From Candidatus Nitrosopumilus koreensis AR1 (GTDB lineage: Archaea; Thermoproteota; Nitrososphaeria; Nitrososphaerales; Nitrosopumilaceae): DNA of 32,000 nucleotides. The position numbers were made by a program, and so were the translations under genes. The notes under the pieces are model-generated. The model saw nothing but the letters and a program-made list of their open reading frames with translations, was not told the origin of the DNA and did not search any database. Positions 1-8,306 of this stretch are shown piece after piece; within the stretch, counting starts at the first letter, position 1, and the number at the start of each line of letters is the position of its first letter. The stretch spans positions 780,001-812,000 of the forward strand of contig NC_018655.1 of the NCBI RefSeq assembly GCF_000299365.1, in the 5' to 3' direction.

Positions 1-480
1 CAAGAGATGGCAGCAGTGATACGACAGCATGAAGGATATGTCTTAAAATTTGTAGGAGACGCAGTTATAGGATATTTTGATGCACAAAGTAATGGGTTAC
101 TTGCATCAGATAATGCAGTTAATTGTGCAAAATCTATGATTTCAGTAATCCAAAAAGGAATTAATCCAATTCTTAATCAGTATGATTACCCTGACCTGAT
201 GGTAAAAATTGGTGTTGATTTTGGACAAAATATTGTAGTAAGATATGGTGCTGATGAAAACCAGTCACAGGTAGACATAATTGGTCCTGCCATGAATATT
301 GCGGCTAAAATTCAAAACATGGCAAAGCCTAATCAGATTTTAATTGGAAATGATGTATACAAAAGATTGCATCCTAACTCTCAAAGAGAATTTGCTGAAG
401 TGGTGTGGAAAAAAGATGAATGGCGATATCGTTCCAGAATTACTGGAGAACTTTACAAAGTTTATGAATTCAAAGGATAA
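1..480 (+). CDS. Class III adenylate/guanylate cyclase catalytic domain protein, C-terminal part (5' end outside window)
   Basis: The frame is open from nt 1 (caa gag precede the first ATG at 7). The translation has cyclase-homology-domain motifs (KFVGDAVIGYF, IGVDFGQNIVVRYG, IIGPAMNIAAKIQ). Stop at 478-480. Confidence 0.75.
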   Translation, partial: QEMAAVIRQHEGYVLKFVGDAVIGYFDAQSNGLLASDNAVNCAKSMISVIQKGINPILNQYDYPDLMVKIGVDFGQNIVVRYGADENQSQVDIIGPAMNIAAKIQNMAKPNQILIGNDVYKRLHPNSQREFAEVVWKKDEWRYRSRITGELYKVYEFKG

Positions 481-492
481 TGTGGTTTTTAA

Positions 493-639
493 TTATACTG
501 TAAATTTATCAGGGCATTCAACATGCTCATAATGATGTTCGGTGAATTTTTCCTGAACAACGTAGATCACAATCTTGTGTAGATCTTTTTCTGCAATGTC
601 TTTCTTGCATTTCAAACAAGTCTTTTTCATTTCTGCCAT
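493..639 (-). CDS. Small 48-aa Cys/His-rich (zinc-ribbon-like) protein, below the ORF-track length cutoff
   Basis: My own translation of the minus strand gives MAEMKKTCLKCKKDIAEKDLHKIVIYVVQEKFTEHHYEHVECPDKFTV. It has a CxxC pair plus a distal His/Cys cluster. A TATA-like CTTATAG (plus 666-672) ends 26 nt upstream of the ATG. The upstream element is shared with the TrmB promoter at 9995-10030. Confidence 0.4.
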   Translation of the reverse strand: MAEMKKTCLKCKKDIAEKDLHKIVIYVVQEKFTEHHYEHVECPDKFTV

Positions 640-776
640 GCGTACCAGCGATCTAAACTGGGAATCTATAAGGATCTGCGATCAGCTCAAATTGAGCAAA
701 AACGACTCAGATTTTACAAAACCGTATATCAAATGCCTAAAGCAAGGCAGAAATAGAGCAAATTCAAACCAAATTT

Positions 777-1148
777 GTGGAAAACATGATACACAAACAC
801 CTACAGGACCTTTACGGATTAAATCCAAACATCCCACATGTAGCGTTACAATTTCCTCGATTACCACCAGGATTAACACATCCAATGTTTAAGATTCACA
901 AAAATCCTGCCAAAGAACAATTTTCACGAGATGTAGAAACAATTAATCAAAAACTTCAAGGATTCCAACATCTGTACCAACAATATGCTGCAAGTTTGTT
1001 ATCAGGAAACCAAATAATTCCTCCAGGTCATCCATTATATACAAAACAACACTCTCTTCAAACACTTCAAGATGAAAACAGTAAACTGTTAAAAGAAAAC
1101 AACGAATTAAAGAAAAAACTAGAAAACAAATCAAAAAAACAAGATTGA
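777..1148 (+). CDS. Hypothetical protein with C-terminal coiled-coil/lysine-rich tail
   Basis: 123-codon ORF with GTG at 777 and first ATG at 786. C-terminal heptad-like LQDENSKLLKENNELKKKLENKSKK. No family recognised. Confidence 0.5.
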   Translation: MENMIHKHLQDLYGLNPNIPHVALQFPRLPPGLTHPMFKIHKNPAKEQFSRDVETINQKLQGFQHLYQQYAASLLSGNQIIPPGHPLYTKQHSLQTLQDENSKLLKENNELKKKLENKSKKQD

Positions 1149-1204
1149 AAAAATATCTCGGCTTGCAAAATCAGTAAGAATCCTTATTAATTCCAAACCC
1201 AATT

Positions 1205-1597
1205 TTGTGTATGGTCAAAACTCCTGCAGACAAATGGAAATCAACCATAATAAAATACAGGAAACAGTGTCAAAAAATTTTAGAGATATCTCAAAGTGTA
1301 AGATACGCAGGAGTTATCAACGTCTATGGTAGAACCTTAGCTGGAATTGTTCAACCAAATCTTAAACCATTACTAAAATCTGAACAAGTAAAAAATGAAT
1401 TTTTTATTATCTCAACTCTAATGTCTTTACGAAAAAATACAGCAAGTACTGTAGGGAAATTAGAATATGTCATATTGCAACATCAGAAAGTTACAATACT
1501 CATTCTACAAAAAAATGACCTTACATATTATGTTTCAATCAATAGAAAAGAAAAAGACTTGAAGAAGATTATTTCTTCAATAAAGAAAATAGTCTAA
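1205..1597 (+). CDS. Hypothetical protein (possibly Roadblock/LC7-like small regulatory fold)
   Basis: 130-codon ORF with TTG at 1205 and ATG at 1211. The size and the alternating pattern (VRYAGVINVYGRTLAGIV ... KVTILILQKNDLTYYVSI) resemble Roadblock/MglB-type proteins, but I cannot verify this. Confidence 0.5.
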   Translation: MCMVKTPADKWKSTIIKYRKQCQKILEISQSVRYAGVINVYGRTLAGIVQPNLKPLLKSEQVKNEFFIISTLMSLRKNTASTVGKLEYVILQHQKVTILILQKNDLTYYVSINRKEKDLKKIISSIKKIV

Positions 1598-2004
1598 GCA
1601 GGTGTGAATCCGTGATATCCACCAGTTTGTTCCGCTTTATCTGAGAAACTTGGTTCAAACAAGGAAATCAAATAATCATCAGGATCTGAAATTACCGCAT
1701 TTTTTCCTGCATCTTTTTCAACTATCTCGCGATGAATTTTTACTCCTTTTCCTCTCAATTCCTCAACTGCAGATTTTACATCTCCGACCAAAAAACCAAT
1801 TGTAATGCCACTCTCAAGAGCATTTCCATGTTTTTCAGTTATTGAAGCAGGGTGCAAGCTCAACAAAGCTCCTGAAGTGCCCAAATCTACCCATGTTCTT
1901 CTTTGATTTTTTATTGGCAGTCCAATAACCTCATTGTAGAACTGAACTGATTTGTCTAGGTCTTTTACAGCCAGAATGACATTTCCGACTTTTTTAATAT
2001 TCAC
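1594..2004 (-). CDS. VOC (glyoxalase/bleomycin-resistance/dioxygenase) family protein
   Basis: The N-terminus KVGNVILAVKDLDKSVQFYNEVIGL is a typical VOC beta-alpha-beta-beta-beta module. 136 aa, a typical size. Confidence 0.85.
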   Translation of the reverse strand: MNIKKVGNVILAVKDLDKSVQFYNEVIGLPIKNQRRTWVDLGTSGALLSLHPASITEKHGNALESGITIGFLVGDVKSAVEELRGKGVKIHREIVEKDAGKNAVISDPDDYLISLFEPSFSDKAEQTGGYHGFTPA

Positions 2005-2038
2005 AGATATGCTACCTCGAAGTTCTTTAAATTAATTG

Positions 2039-2257
2039 TCATTGAACTTCCACCATGGTTTCTGTTCGCTCTACACCATTAATTTTTTGGATTCGGTTTG
2101 CGACCTCTTTAATTTGAACTAGTTGTTCAACATCAATTATGGCTACTGCATCAAACTGACCGCTAGTTGGAAATGAATCTGTAACGGAATCAACCTTGCG
2201 TAATCGTGCAGCGATTAATTTTTTTGGAGATTTTACCAAAATTATTGCTCTTACCAT
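2039..2257 (-). CDS. Stand-alone Lrp/AsnC ligand-binding (RAM) domain protein
   Basis: 72 aa. Pattern IILVKSPKK...VDSVTDSFPTSGQFDAVAIIDVEQL...VERTETMVEV matches the AsnC-type C-terminal domain and there is no HTH. The ATG overlaps the upstream stop (ATGGTAA). Confidence 0.72.
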   Translation of the reverse strand: MVRAIILVKSPKKLIAARLRKVDSVTDSFPTSGQFDAVAIIDVEQLVQIKEVANRIQKINGVERTETMVEVQ

Positions 2258-2490
2258 CCTAAATTAACCTCCACTTCGATTAAGGTTTCAGTGGTTACAA
2301 TATCCTTGATTTTTTTAAAATCAATCACCATGTTATTGATGTCTTCAATTCCTCCTTGCAAAATAACGCTAATGTCTGCCCTGCCAGTGACTACCATGAT
2401 TTGTTTTACTACCTTTCTTTTCTTTTTGAGAATTTGGACAACAGAATCCACTTTTCCAGGTTTAACTGTAATCAGACATAATGCGCGCAT
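2251..2490 (-). CDS. Stand-alone Lrp/AsnC ligand-binding (RAM) domain protein
   Basis: 79 aa. CLITVKPGKVDSVVQIL...VVTGRADISVIL...IVTTETLIEV is the RAM-domain pattern. Translationally coupled to the 2039-2257 gene. Confidence 0.72.
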   Translation of the reverse strand: MRALCLITVKPGKVDSVVQILKKKRKVVKQIMVVTGRADISVILQGGIEDINNMVIDFKKIKDIVTTETLIEVEVNLGW

Positions 2491-2524
2491 ACAAGTACTA
2501 CGTTATTGAATCGGATAAAGATTC

Positions 2525-2818
2525 CTAGTCAAATGCTTCCTGAGACCTTGCTTCTTCTAAATAAGCACGTCTTTCTTCATTGACTTTTTCTTGATCAATT
2601 TCAATATCGTCATCTACTATGACTATCCCCATATCGCCAACAGGTTCTTCCTTTTTCTTTGATTTGGTTGTTTTAGCCTTGGTGGCTTTTGCTTTTGGAG
2701 TCTTTGATTTGGTTGTTTTAGCCTTGGTGGCTTTTGCTTTTGGAGTCTTTGATTTGGTTGTTTTAGCCTTGGTGGCTTTTGCTTTTGTGCCTTTCTTTGC
2801 AGGTTTTTTTTCAGCCAT
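2525..2818 (-). CDS. Lysine-rich tandem-repeat protein with acidic C-terminal tail (possible nucleic-acid-binding protein)
   Basis: The ORF runs 2525-2896, but the first convincing start is the ATG at 2818 (MAEKKPAKKGTKAKATKAKTTKSKTP...). It has 15-aa K/T/A repeats followed by DDDIEIDQEKVNEERRAYLEEARSQEAFD. Confidence 0.6.
   Translation of the reverse strand: MAEKKPAKKGTKAKATKAKTTKSKTPKAKATKAKTTKSKTPKAKATKAKTTKSKKKEEPVGDMGIVIVDDDIEIDQEKVNEERRAYLEEARSQEAFD
2661..2787. repeat. 45-bp tandem direct repeat, about 2.8 copies, inside the lysine-rich CDS
   Basis: The unit gatttggttgttttagccttggtggcttttgcttttggagtcttt occupies 2661-2705 and 2706-2750 identically. A third copy from 2751 diverges near 2787. 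45 bp equals 15 codons, so the repeat is in frame. Confidence 0.9.
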
Positions 2819-3061
2819 GAATCGAAAATCTAGAGTTTGCCTTATTTTTAAAGATTTTGTAGGATTGGTTTTTGGAGAAATTTGTGTATTATGCACCGAT
2901 CAAGTAAATTTTTTGAGAAAACAATGGACCAAAGTAGCCATATGAGTCAAGAATTTACTCTGAGTTTGATTTAACAAAAAACACATTCTTCATGTTCTAT
3001 TGGGAGGTGAAAGAAGATAGCAACATTAGCAGATTATGCAACAGTAGGCGATTCAGTCAGC

Positions 3062-3349
3062 TTGGCAAAAATTGGGGATAAAGCATTTACAATTACATTC
3101 ATCGAAGATTCAGATTATACTCAAGGTGAAATGATCACAAAAGGAGTTAAGATTACCACTAGAGAAACTTTCGAGGTTGAAGGAAATTTTGTAAATAAAT
3201 TTCACACAACTAGAGTAGCAATTGTAAAAAAATTCAGCAATGAGAAATTACGTTCAGATGTCAATAACGGAAACGCTTTGGGACCAGTCAAATGTATCTC
3301 TGAAAAATCAGCATCAGGAAAAAGCTTCTATAATTTAGTAGATGCATAA
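3062..3349 (+). CDS. Hypothetical small protein
   Basis: 95-codon ORF with a TTG start. The frame is open from 3011 but has no ATG or GTG. No recognised motif. Confidence 0.45.
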   Translation: MAKIGDKAFTITFIEDSDYTQGEMITKGVKITTRETFEVEGNFVNKFHTTRVAIVKKFSNEKLRSDVNNGNALGPVKCISEKSASGKSFYNLVDA

Positions 3350-3382
3350 TGGAGTTTATAATTAGACTCTAAAACACACTAT

Positions 3383-3397
3383 TTTTTTAATTTTTTA
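3383..3397 (+). terminator. Oligo-T tract, candidate archaeal terminator for the 3062-3349 gene
   Basis: T7 (3383-3389) and T6 (3392-3397) runs lie 34-48 nt after the stop codon. Archaeal RNA polymerase terminates on oligo-T. Confidence 0.35.
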
Positions 3398-3400
3398 CAG

Positions 3401-3474
3401 TGCCGGGGGCGGGATTTGAACGCGCGACAGCCCGGTCTTCAGCCGAGTGCTCTCCCAGGCTGAGCTACCCCGGC
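3401..3474 (-). tRNA. tRNA-Phe (anticodon GAA)
   Basis: The minus strand reads GCCGGGG TA GCTC AGCCTGGGA GAGC A CTCGG CTGAAGA CCGGG CTGTC GCGCG TTCAAAT CCCGC CCCCGGC A. This is 74 nt with a 7-bp acceptor stem, a standard D arm and GAA at the anticodon position. There is one C:C mismatch in the T stem and no encoded CCA. A TATA-like CTTTAATT lies about 30 nt upstream (plus 3501-3508). Confidence 0.92.
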
Positions 3475-3795
3475 ACTCAAAAAAATGTCGCTAGTTGAGG
3501 AATTAAAGTGTGTCCCTTTAGGATCTTTGAACTATAATTTCAAGGATGTTGTTCTGTGAACACAAAAATTCTACAAATTGTTCAAGAGAAATAAGTTGAT
3601 TTCATTTAGGATTAAGTCAACTAAAATGTAGATTAAAAATCAATTCAAAATCATGTATGTATGATTTGCCTATTTCGTAATACAAATGGCAACATCAAGT
3701 ATGAAGTAAGAATTGAGAGTAAAAGTATAGTCAGTCATGCGTCTTACTTGAATCCAGTTCTTTACTCTTCATACTGTTAAAGTGGTGAAATACAA

Positions 3796-4926
3796 ATGAA
3801 GAATTTGTTAGTTATTTTCTTTTGTGTGTTTGTATTTTTTTCAAGTTATTACTGTGAATCTTTTGGACAAGTTGATACTAGTATAAATTTTGAAAATGCT
3901 TTGATGCTTTATAAAGAAAAAAAATATGAAGGTTCCCTATCAGAAATTGACAAGATTTTAGAAAAGTATCCAGACAACATCGAGGCATTAAACAGTAAAG
4001 GAACCATTCTTTTAGCTCAAGGAAAATATGTCAATGCGTTACAAAATTTTGAAAAAGCTGCAACTATTGATCCTAGTAACTTAGAATCAATTAATGGTAT
4101 TGGAAAAGCATATTTTCATTTAAACAGGTATGATGCTGCTATGAATTTTTTTGGACATGTATTACAAATTGATAGAAGAAATTTTGATGCGTTAATTGGA
4201 AGTGGAAATGTTTTGTCAAAGTTAGAACAATTTGATGATTCCATACTGTTTTTCAACATAGTATTGGAAAAAGATCCACGTAATGTAGATGCTTTGATAG
4301 GAAAAGGCACTGCATTATTGAATACAAATCAACATAAATTAGCATTAAGCATATATGATAAAATTTTGGAGATTGATTTGAGTAATACAGATGCATTAAA
4401 TGGTAAAGGGAAAATTTTCTTTGAATTAGATGAATATGAGAAATCAAGAATTGCATTTACAGCAGTGTTAGAATCAGAACCAGAAAACATTGAAGCATTG
4501 TTGGGATTATCTGAATTGAATCTTCATGAACACAAAAATATCAAATCCCAACAAATGTATGAAAAAATACTTTCTATAGATCCGGATAACATCGAAGCCT
4601 TAATTGGCAAAGCGTCTGTTCTAGTTGAACTTGGAAAATTTGATGAGGCCTTAGAATATTTTGATGAGGCCTTAGAAGTGGACCCTGATAATCCAGATGC
4701 ACTAAACGGAAAAGATTTGGTTTTAGGAGATAAAGTAGAGGATTCGCTTGATTTGATACTTTTGATCACAATCATTGGAAGTATAACCTCGGTAGTTTCA
4801 TTTTTTGTTGTGCTTATTAAAATCCGAGAAAATGCAGAATTAAAATCAAAACTCATCATGTCAAACGAACAGATTGAAGATTTAGTAGATAAGATGATGA
4901 GAAATATGGCAAAAAATCAAAAATAG
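3796..4926 (+). CDS. TPR-repeat protein with N-terminal signal peptide and C-terminal transmembrane helix
   Basis: Hydrophobic N-terminus MKNLLVIFFCVFVFFSSYYC. About 8 or more 34-aa TPR units (...ALNSKGTILLAQGKYVNALQNFEKAATIDPSN...). C-terminal helix LILLITIIGSITSVVSFFVVLI. Confidence 0.85.
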   Translation: MKNLLVIFFCVFVFFSSYYCESFGQVDTSINFENALMLYKEKKYEGSLSEIDKILEKYPDNIEALNSKGTILLAQGKYVNALQNFEKAATIDPSNLESINGIGKAYFHLNRYDAAMNFFGHVLQIDRRNFDALIGSGNVLSKLEQFDDSILFFNIVLEKDPRNVDALIGKGTALLNTNQHKLALSIYDKILEIDLSNTDALNGKGKIFFELDEYEKSRIAFTAVLESEPENIEALLGLSELNLHEHKNIKSQQMYEKILSIDPDNIEALIGKASVLVELGKFDEALEYFDEALEVDPDNPDALNGKDLVLGDKVEDSLDLILLITIIGSITSVVSFFVVLIKIRENAELKSKLIMSNEQIEDLVDKMMRNMAKNQK

Positions 4927-4930
4927 TTTT

Positions 4931-5467
4931 TTAGGTTTTCCAAAGAACATCATCTCTACCATTTCGTTTATTGATTAAACGACCAATCACAAAAAACAGA
5001 TCAGATAAACGATTAAGGTAAATTATGCAGTTTGAATTGATTTCGTCTTTTTCAGCAAGTTGCACAGTCAATGTTTCTGCTCTACGCACAACTGTTCGAG
5101 TAAAATGTAGTTGTGATGCTGAAAGTACACCTCCTGGCAATATGAAATTAGTTAATGGTTCTAACTCTGATTCAAATTTGTCAATATGTTGTTCTAATTC
5201 TTGAATCATCCCTAATGTTACTCTATTTTTTACATCATTGAGGTTTGGGTTAGATAGATCAGAGCCCACCACAAACAAATCATTTTGTATTTTGATAAGA
5301 ACACTAGAAATGTCATTATCTAACGGGTTTGCCAACACAACACCTAAGGAAGCATTTGCTTCATCAACTGCGCCATACGCAAATATTCTTGGGTGAGATT
5401 TTGAAATGCGAAGATTTCCCTGTAACCCAGTATTTCCATCATCTCCTGTCTTGGTGTATATTTTCAC
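4931..5467 (-). CDS. pduO: PduO-type ATP:cob(I)alamin adenosyltransferase
   Basis: The N-terminal MKIYTKTGDDGNTGL motif and the 178-aa length are typical of the Cob_adeno_trans (MMAB/PduO) family. Confidence 0.88.
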   Translation of the reverse strand: MKIYTKTGDDGNTGLQGNLRISKSHPRIFAYGAVDEANASLGVVLANPLDNDISSVLIKIQNDLFVVGSDLSNPNLNDVKNRVTLGMIQELEQHIDKFESELEPLTNFILPGGVLSASQLHFTRTVVRRAETLTVQLAEKDEINSNCIIYLNRLSDLFFVIGRLINKRNGRDDVLWKT

Positions 5468-5548
5468 AAAATTACAAAGTCTGTTTCAACTATTATGTTG
5501 TTCGAAAATCTCAAAACTCTTTAGGAGAATGGTTTGTATTAGTTAACG

Positions 5549-6082
5549 ATGGTAGAAGATTTTTTTAAAAATGCTGCAAATCTAAAAAATATCCCACGTC
5601 AAGGATGGATTGACAAACTTTCTATAGATAATCCCGAATCAGTTGCTGATCATACTTTTTCTATGGCAATGATTGGAATGGTAATTTCAGATTTAGAAAA
5701 TCTGAATTCAGAAAAAATCTTGAAAATGATTTTGATACATGATTTATCTGAATCCATAATAGGAGACATAATTCCAGAAAAAATGGATGTAAAAGAAAAA
5801 CAAGAATTAGAAAACAATGCATTTGGCAAAATCATGGAAAAACTTCCAGAACCCCTGATAACAGAATATGGCAAAATATGGAAAGAGTATCAAGAAAATT
5901 CCTCTCCTGAAAGCAAGATAGTCCATCAAATTGACAAATTAGAGATGGCACTTCAAGCAAAAATTTACCAAGAACAAGGTTATTCTCAAGAAAAACTAAA
6001 AGTTTTTTTAAAATCTGCAAAAAAAAGCATTACGCATCCAAAATTAAAAGAATTATTTACAAAGATTATCACTGAAAATTAA
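5549..6082 (+). CDS. HD-domain phosphohydrolase (YfbR-like 5'-deoxynucleotidase family)
   Basis: PRQGW...ESVADHTFSMA...LIHDLSESIIGDI...HQIDKLEMALQA carries the H...HD...D metal ligand pattern of HD_3/YfbR-type enzymes. Confidence 0.83.
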   Translation: MVEDFFKNAANLKNIPRQGWIDKLSIDNPESVADHTFSMAMIGMVISDLENLNSEKILKMILIHDLSESIIGDIIPEKMDVKEKQELENNAFGKIMEKLPEPLITEYGKIWKEYQENSSPESKIVHQIDKLEMALQAKIYQEQGYSQEKLKVFLKSAKKSITHPKLKELFTKIITEN

Positions 6083-6306
6083 TGTCTGAGACAGAAAAAG
6101 ATGAAATGATTGATGCACAAAAACAAGTGATAGGAATCTTGTTTGAAGTGATCAAAAGATTGCAAGCCAATAGTGATTTAGATGAAGAGTATTTTGAATT
6201 AATTACAAAAGATGGAAAAAACAAAACCAGATTAAATGAAATTCTAAATGAAAGAAAAGAAAATGCAAAAATTGTAGGTAGATTACTAGAACAACTAGAA
6301 GTTTAA
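6082..6306 (+). CDS. Hypothetical small helical protein
   Basis: 74-codon ORF. Its ATG overlaps the HD-gene stop (TAATG at 6080-6084), implying co-translation. Confidence 0.55.
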   Translation: MSETEKDEMIDAQKQVIGILFEVIKRLQANSDLDEEYFELITKDGKNKTRLNEILNERKENAKIVGRLLEQLEV

Positions 6307-6698
6307 TGTCCGCAACCACAGTCATCATCAGAAATTATCTTTAGATGAGATGTTTGTTGGTGCTTGTCTTGAATGTAGTTTGAAAGATTTGCAATTCTTA
6401 CTCTAGGTTCTTTAGTTTTCCAACTACCCTCATTTTCAAACCAAAACTCTATTTCATCAACATCATATCTTTCCCCATTTTCTATTAGTTCTTTGAATAT
6501 GGATTTTATTTCATCAATTTCAGATTCAGATAATTTTGATTTATCTTCAACCATTGTTGTAATTTCATTTAATTTGATAATCACATTATTTGTAAGAGGC
6601 ATGTGAATTTTTACATAATATTCTATAACTATCTTTTGAGTTGACATTGTTTTTATAGCAATCCAATAATTTGACAAATATGCAGTATTTTCAAGCAT
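6303..6698 (-). CDS. Hypothetical protein with C-terminal DDDCGCGH motif
   Basis: 131-codon ORF. The internal ATG at 6647 (MSTQKIV...) is an equally plausible start. The stop overlaps the convergent gene by 4 nt. Confidence 0.5.
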   Translation of the reverse strand: MLENTAYLSNYWIAIKTMSTQKIVIEYYVKIHMPLTNNVIIKLNEITTMVEDKSKLSESEIDEIKSIFKELIENGERYDVDEIEFWFENEGSWKTKEPRVRIANLSNYIQDKHQQTSHLKIISDDDCGCGH

Positions 6699-7027
6699 TA
6701 AAACTTGGTCAAAAGAGAGTTGCGGATGCCAGAGAATATCTTAACAAACTAACTGATGGAAAAGCAATGCCAGCATTGGCATTAACTGATACGAAATCCA
6801 ACGTATGGAAACCCGTAGGCGAAGAAAATCTTTACGCTTTTGTGGATGAATCAGCAGGCTTTGTTTTGACAGATAATAGTGGATACATTCTTGCTTTAGT
6901 GGACAATAGTGGTGCCTCTAAGACAATTGTTCAGGGTGTGACAAAAGATCAAAAAGAAAAACTAGAGAAAATATTTGAATCAGATAACATTCCAAAATTT
7001 GAAGGTAAGGTAATTCTTCCAGTATGA
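6671..7027 (+). CDS. Hypothetical protein
   Basis: 118-codon ORF with TTG at 6671 and ATG at 6680 (MQYFQALK...). No recognised motif. Confidence 0.5.
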   Translation: MTNMQYFQALKLGQKRVADAREYLNKLTDGKAMPALALTDTKSNVWKPVGEENLYAFVDESAGFVLTDNSGYILALVDNSGASKTIVQGVTKDQKEKLEKIFESDNIPKFEGKVILPV

Positions 7028-7082
7028 TTCTAGCCACAAATAAAACGTAAAACTTTAGTTATGATTGTGTAGAGGTAGTAAA

Positions 7083-8306
7083 ATGAGTAAATTTTCTCAA
7101 GAGATCGAAGTCAGTGGCCATCTAATTGACTCTTTGATTTTGACTAAAATATTTGATAAAATTATGGATTTACAAGGAGAGTTTCAAGTCCAAGAAATAA
7201 ACATTGGTAAAAGAAAAAAAGATCAGTCATATGCTAAATTATTAGTCAAAGGGAAAAATCAAAAACACCTAGATGAAATTTTACAAACAATTTACAGGGA
7301 AGGTGCAGTATCTAAAGTTCAAAAAGAAATCACACTAAAAAAATCACCAAAAAATTATGTAATGCCAGACAATTTTTACAGTACCACCAACAATCACACC
7401 CAAGTATTTCATAAAGGAAAATGGATTCAGGTAGAAAACATGATGATGGACAAATGTATTGTTGTAAAAGGAAACCGAGCATTTTGTGTTCCTGTAAGAG
7501 ATGTCAAAAAAGGTGATCAAATTATTGTTGGGGAAGGAGGTATCAAAATCAATCCACCTGAAAGACCAAGAGAGGGTTCTAATGTATTTCAATTTATGGG
7601 CAGTTCAAGCTCTAGTGAAAGACCAACACAACATATTGCAAAAAAAGTTGCAGAGGACATTTACAATACAAAAAAGAACGGCGGTAAAATTGTGATTGTA
7701 GGGGGTCCTGCAATAGTCCACACAGGAGCATCAGATGCAGTATCAGAATTAATCAGATTAGGATACATTGACGGAGTGCTAGCAGGTAATGCTTTAGCTG
7801 TTCACGACATAGAGTATGCCACCCTAGGAACATCATTAGGGATGAATGTTCATGATGCAACTCTAGCATATCATGGCCATAGAAATCACATGGATGCAAT
7901 CAATTCTGTTTTCAAAGCAGGTTCTATTGCAAATATGGTAAAAACAAAAAAACTCACCAAAGGAATAATGTATGAATGTGTAAAGAATAATGTTCCATTT
8001 GTACTTGCAGGCTCTATCAGAGATGATGGGCCATTACCAGATGTAATTACGGATGTTGCACAAGCTCAAAGAGAATACAAAAAAGTTCTAAAAGATGCAA
8101 AAATGGTCATAATGATTTCAACAATGCTTCATTCCATTGCAACAGGAAACATGCTTCCTGCAAATGTCAAAGTAATTGTAGTTGACATTAACCAACCAAC
8201 AGTAACAAAACTTATGGATAGAGGAACGTGGCAAGCATTAGGTATTGTTTCAGATGTGGGTGCATTTCTACCCATGGTTGCACAGCAAATTAGAAAAAAG
8301 AAATAG
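7083..8306 (+). CDS. LOR/SDH-domain protein (TIGR00300-like; putative ornithine cyclodeaminase-type enzyme)
   Basis: The N-terminal IEVSGHLIDSLILTKIFDKIMD is typical of the LOR/SDH conserved N-domain, followed by the Rossmann-like GGKIVIVGGPAIVHTGA. The ORF opens at 7065, but the ATG at 7083 (MSKFSQ) is the likelier start. Confidence 0.7.
   Translation: MSKFSQEIEVSGHLIDSLILTKIFDKIMDLQGEFQVQEINIGKRKKDQSYAKLLVKGKNQKHLDEILQTIYREGAVSKVQKEITLKKSPKNYVMPDNFYSTTNNHTQVFHKGKWIQVENMMMDKCIVVKGNRAFCVPVRDVKKGDQIIVGEGGIKINPPERPREGSNVFQFMGSSSSSERPTQHIAKKVAEDIYNTKKNGGKIVIVGGPAIVHTGASDAVSELIRLGYIDGVLAGNALAVHDIEYATLGTSLGMNVHDATLAYHGHRNHMDAINSVFKAGSIANMVKTKKLTKGIMYECVKNNVPFVLAGSIRDDGPLPDVITDVAQAQREYKKVLKDAKMVIMISTMLHSIATGNMLPANVKVIVVDINQPTVTKLMDRGTWQALGIVSDVGAFLPMVAQQIRKKK

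Noticed and set aside
528-575. C/D-box sRNA-like ATGATG ... CTGA spacing on the plus strand
   Set aside because: Only one imperfect C box and one D-like box are present, with no C'/D' pair or terminal stem. The segment lies inside the better-supported small minus-strand ORF.
575-892. ORFs 575-892 (+) and 682-885 (-)
   Set aside because: They overlap each other, the promoter region of the small minus-strand ORF and the 5' part of the 777-1148 ORF. Their translations are compositionally odd and carry no motifs.
2661-2787. Possible CRISPR-like or minisatellite array
   Set aside because: The units are directly adjacent with no spacers. Their period is 45 bp (15 codons), and they lie in frame inside a coding sequence. 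No cas genes are present.
3401-3474. tRNA-Phe as the attachment site of an integrated element
   Set aside because: There is no integrase or recombinase gene in the window. I could not find a second copy of the GC-rich tRNA 3' segment that would mark an att repeat. The pilus block begins about 5 kb away, separated from the tRNA by housekeeping genes.
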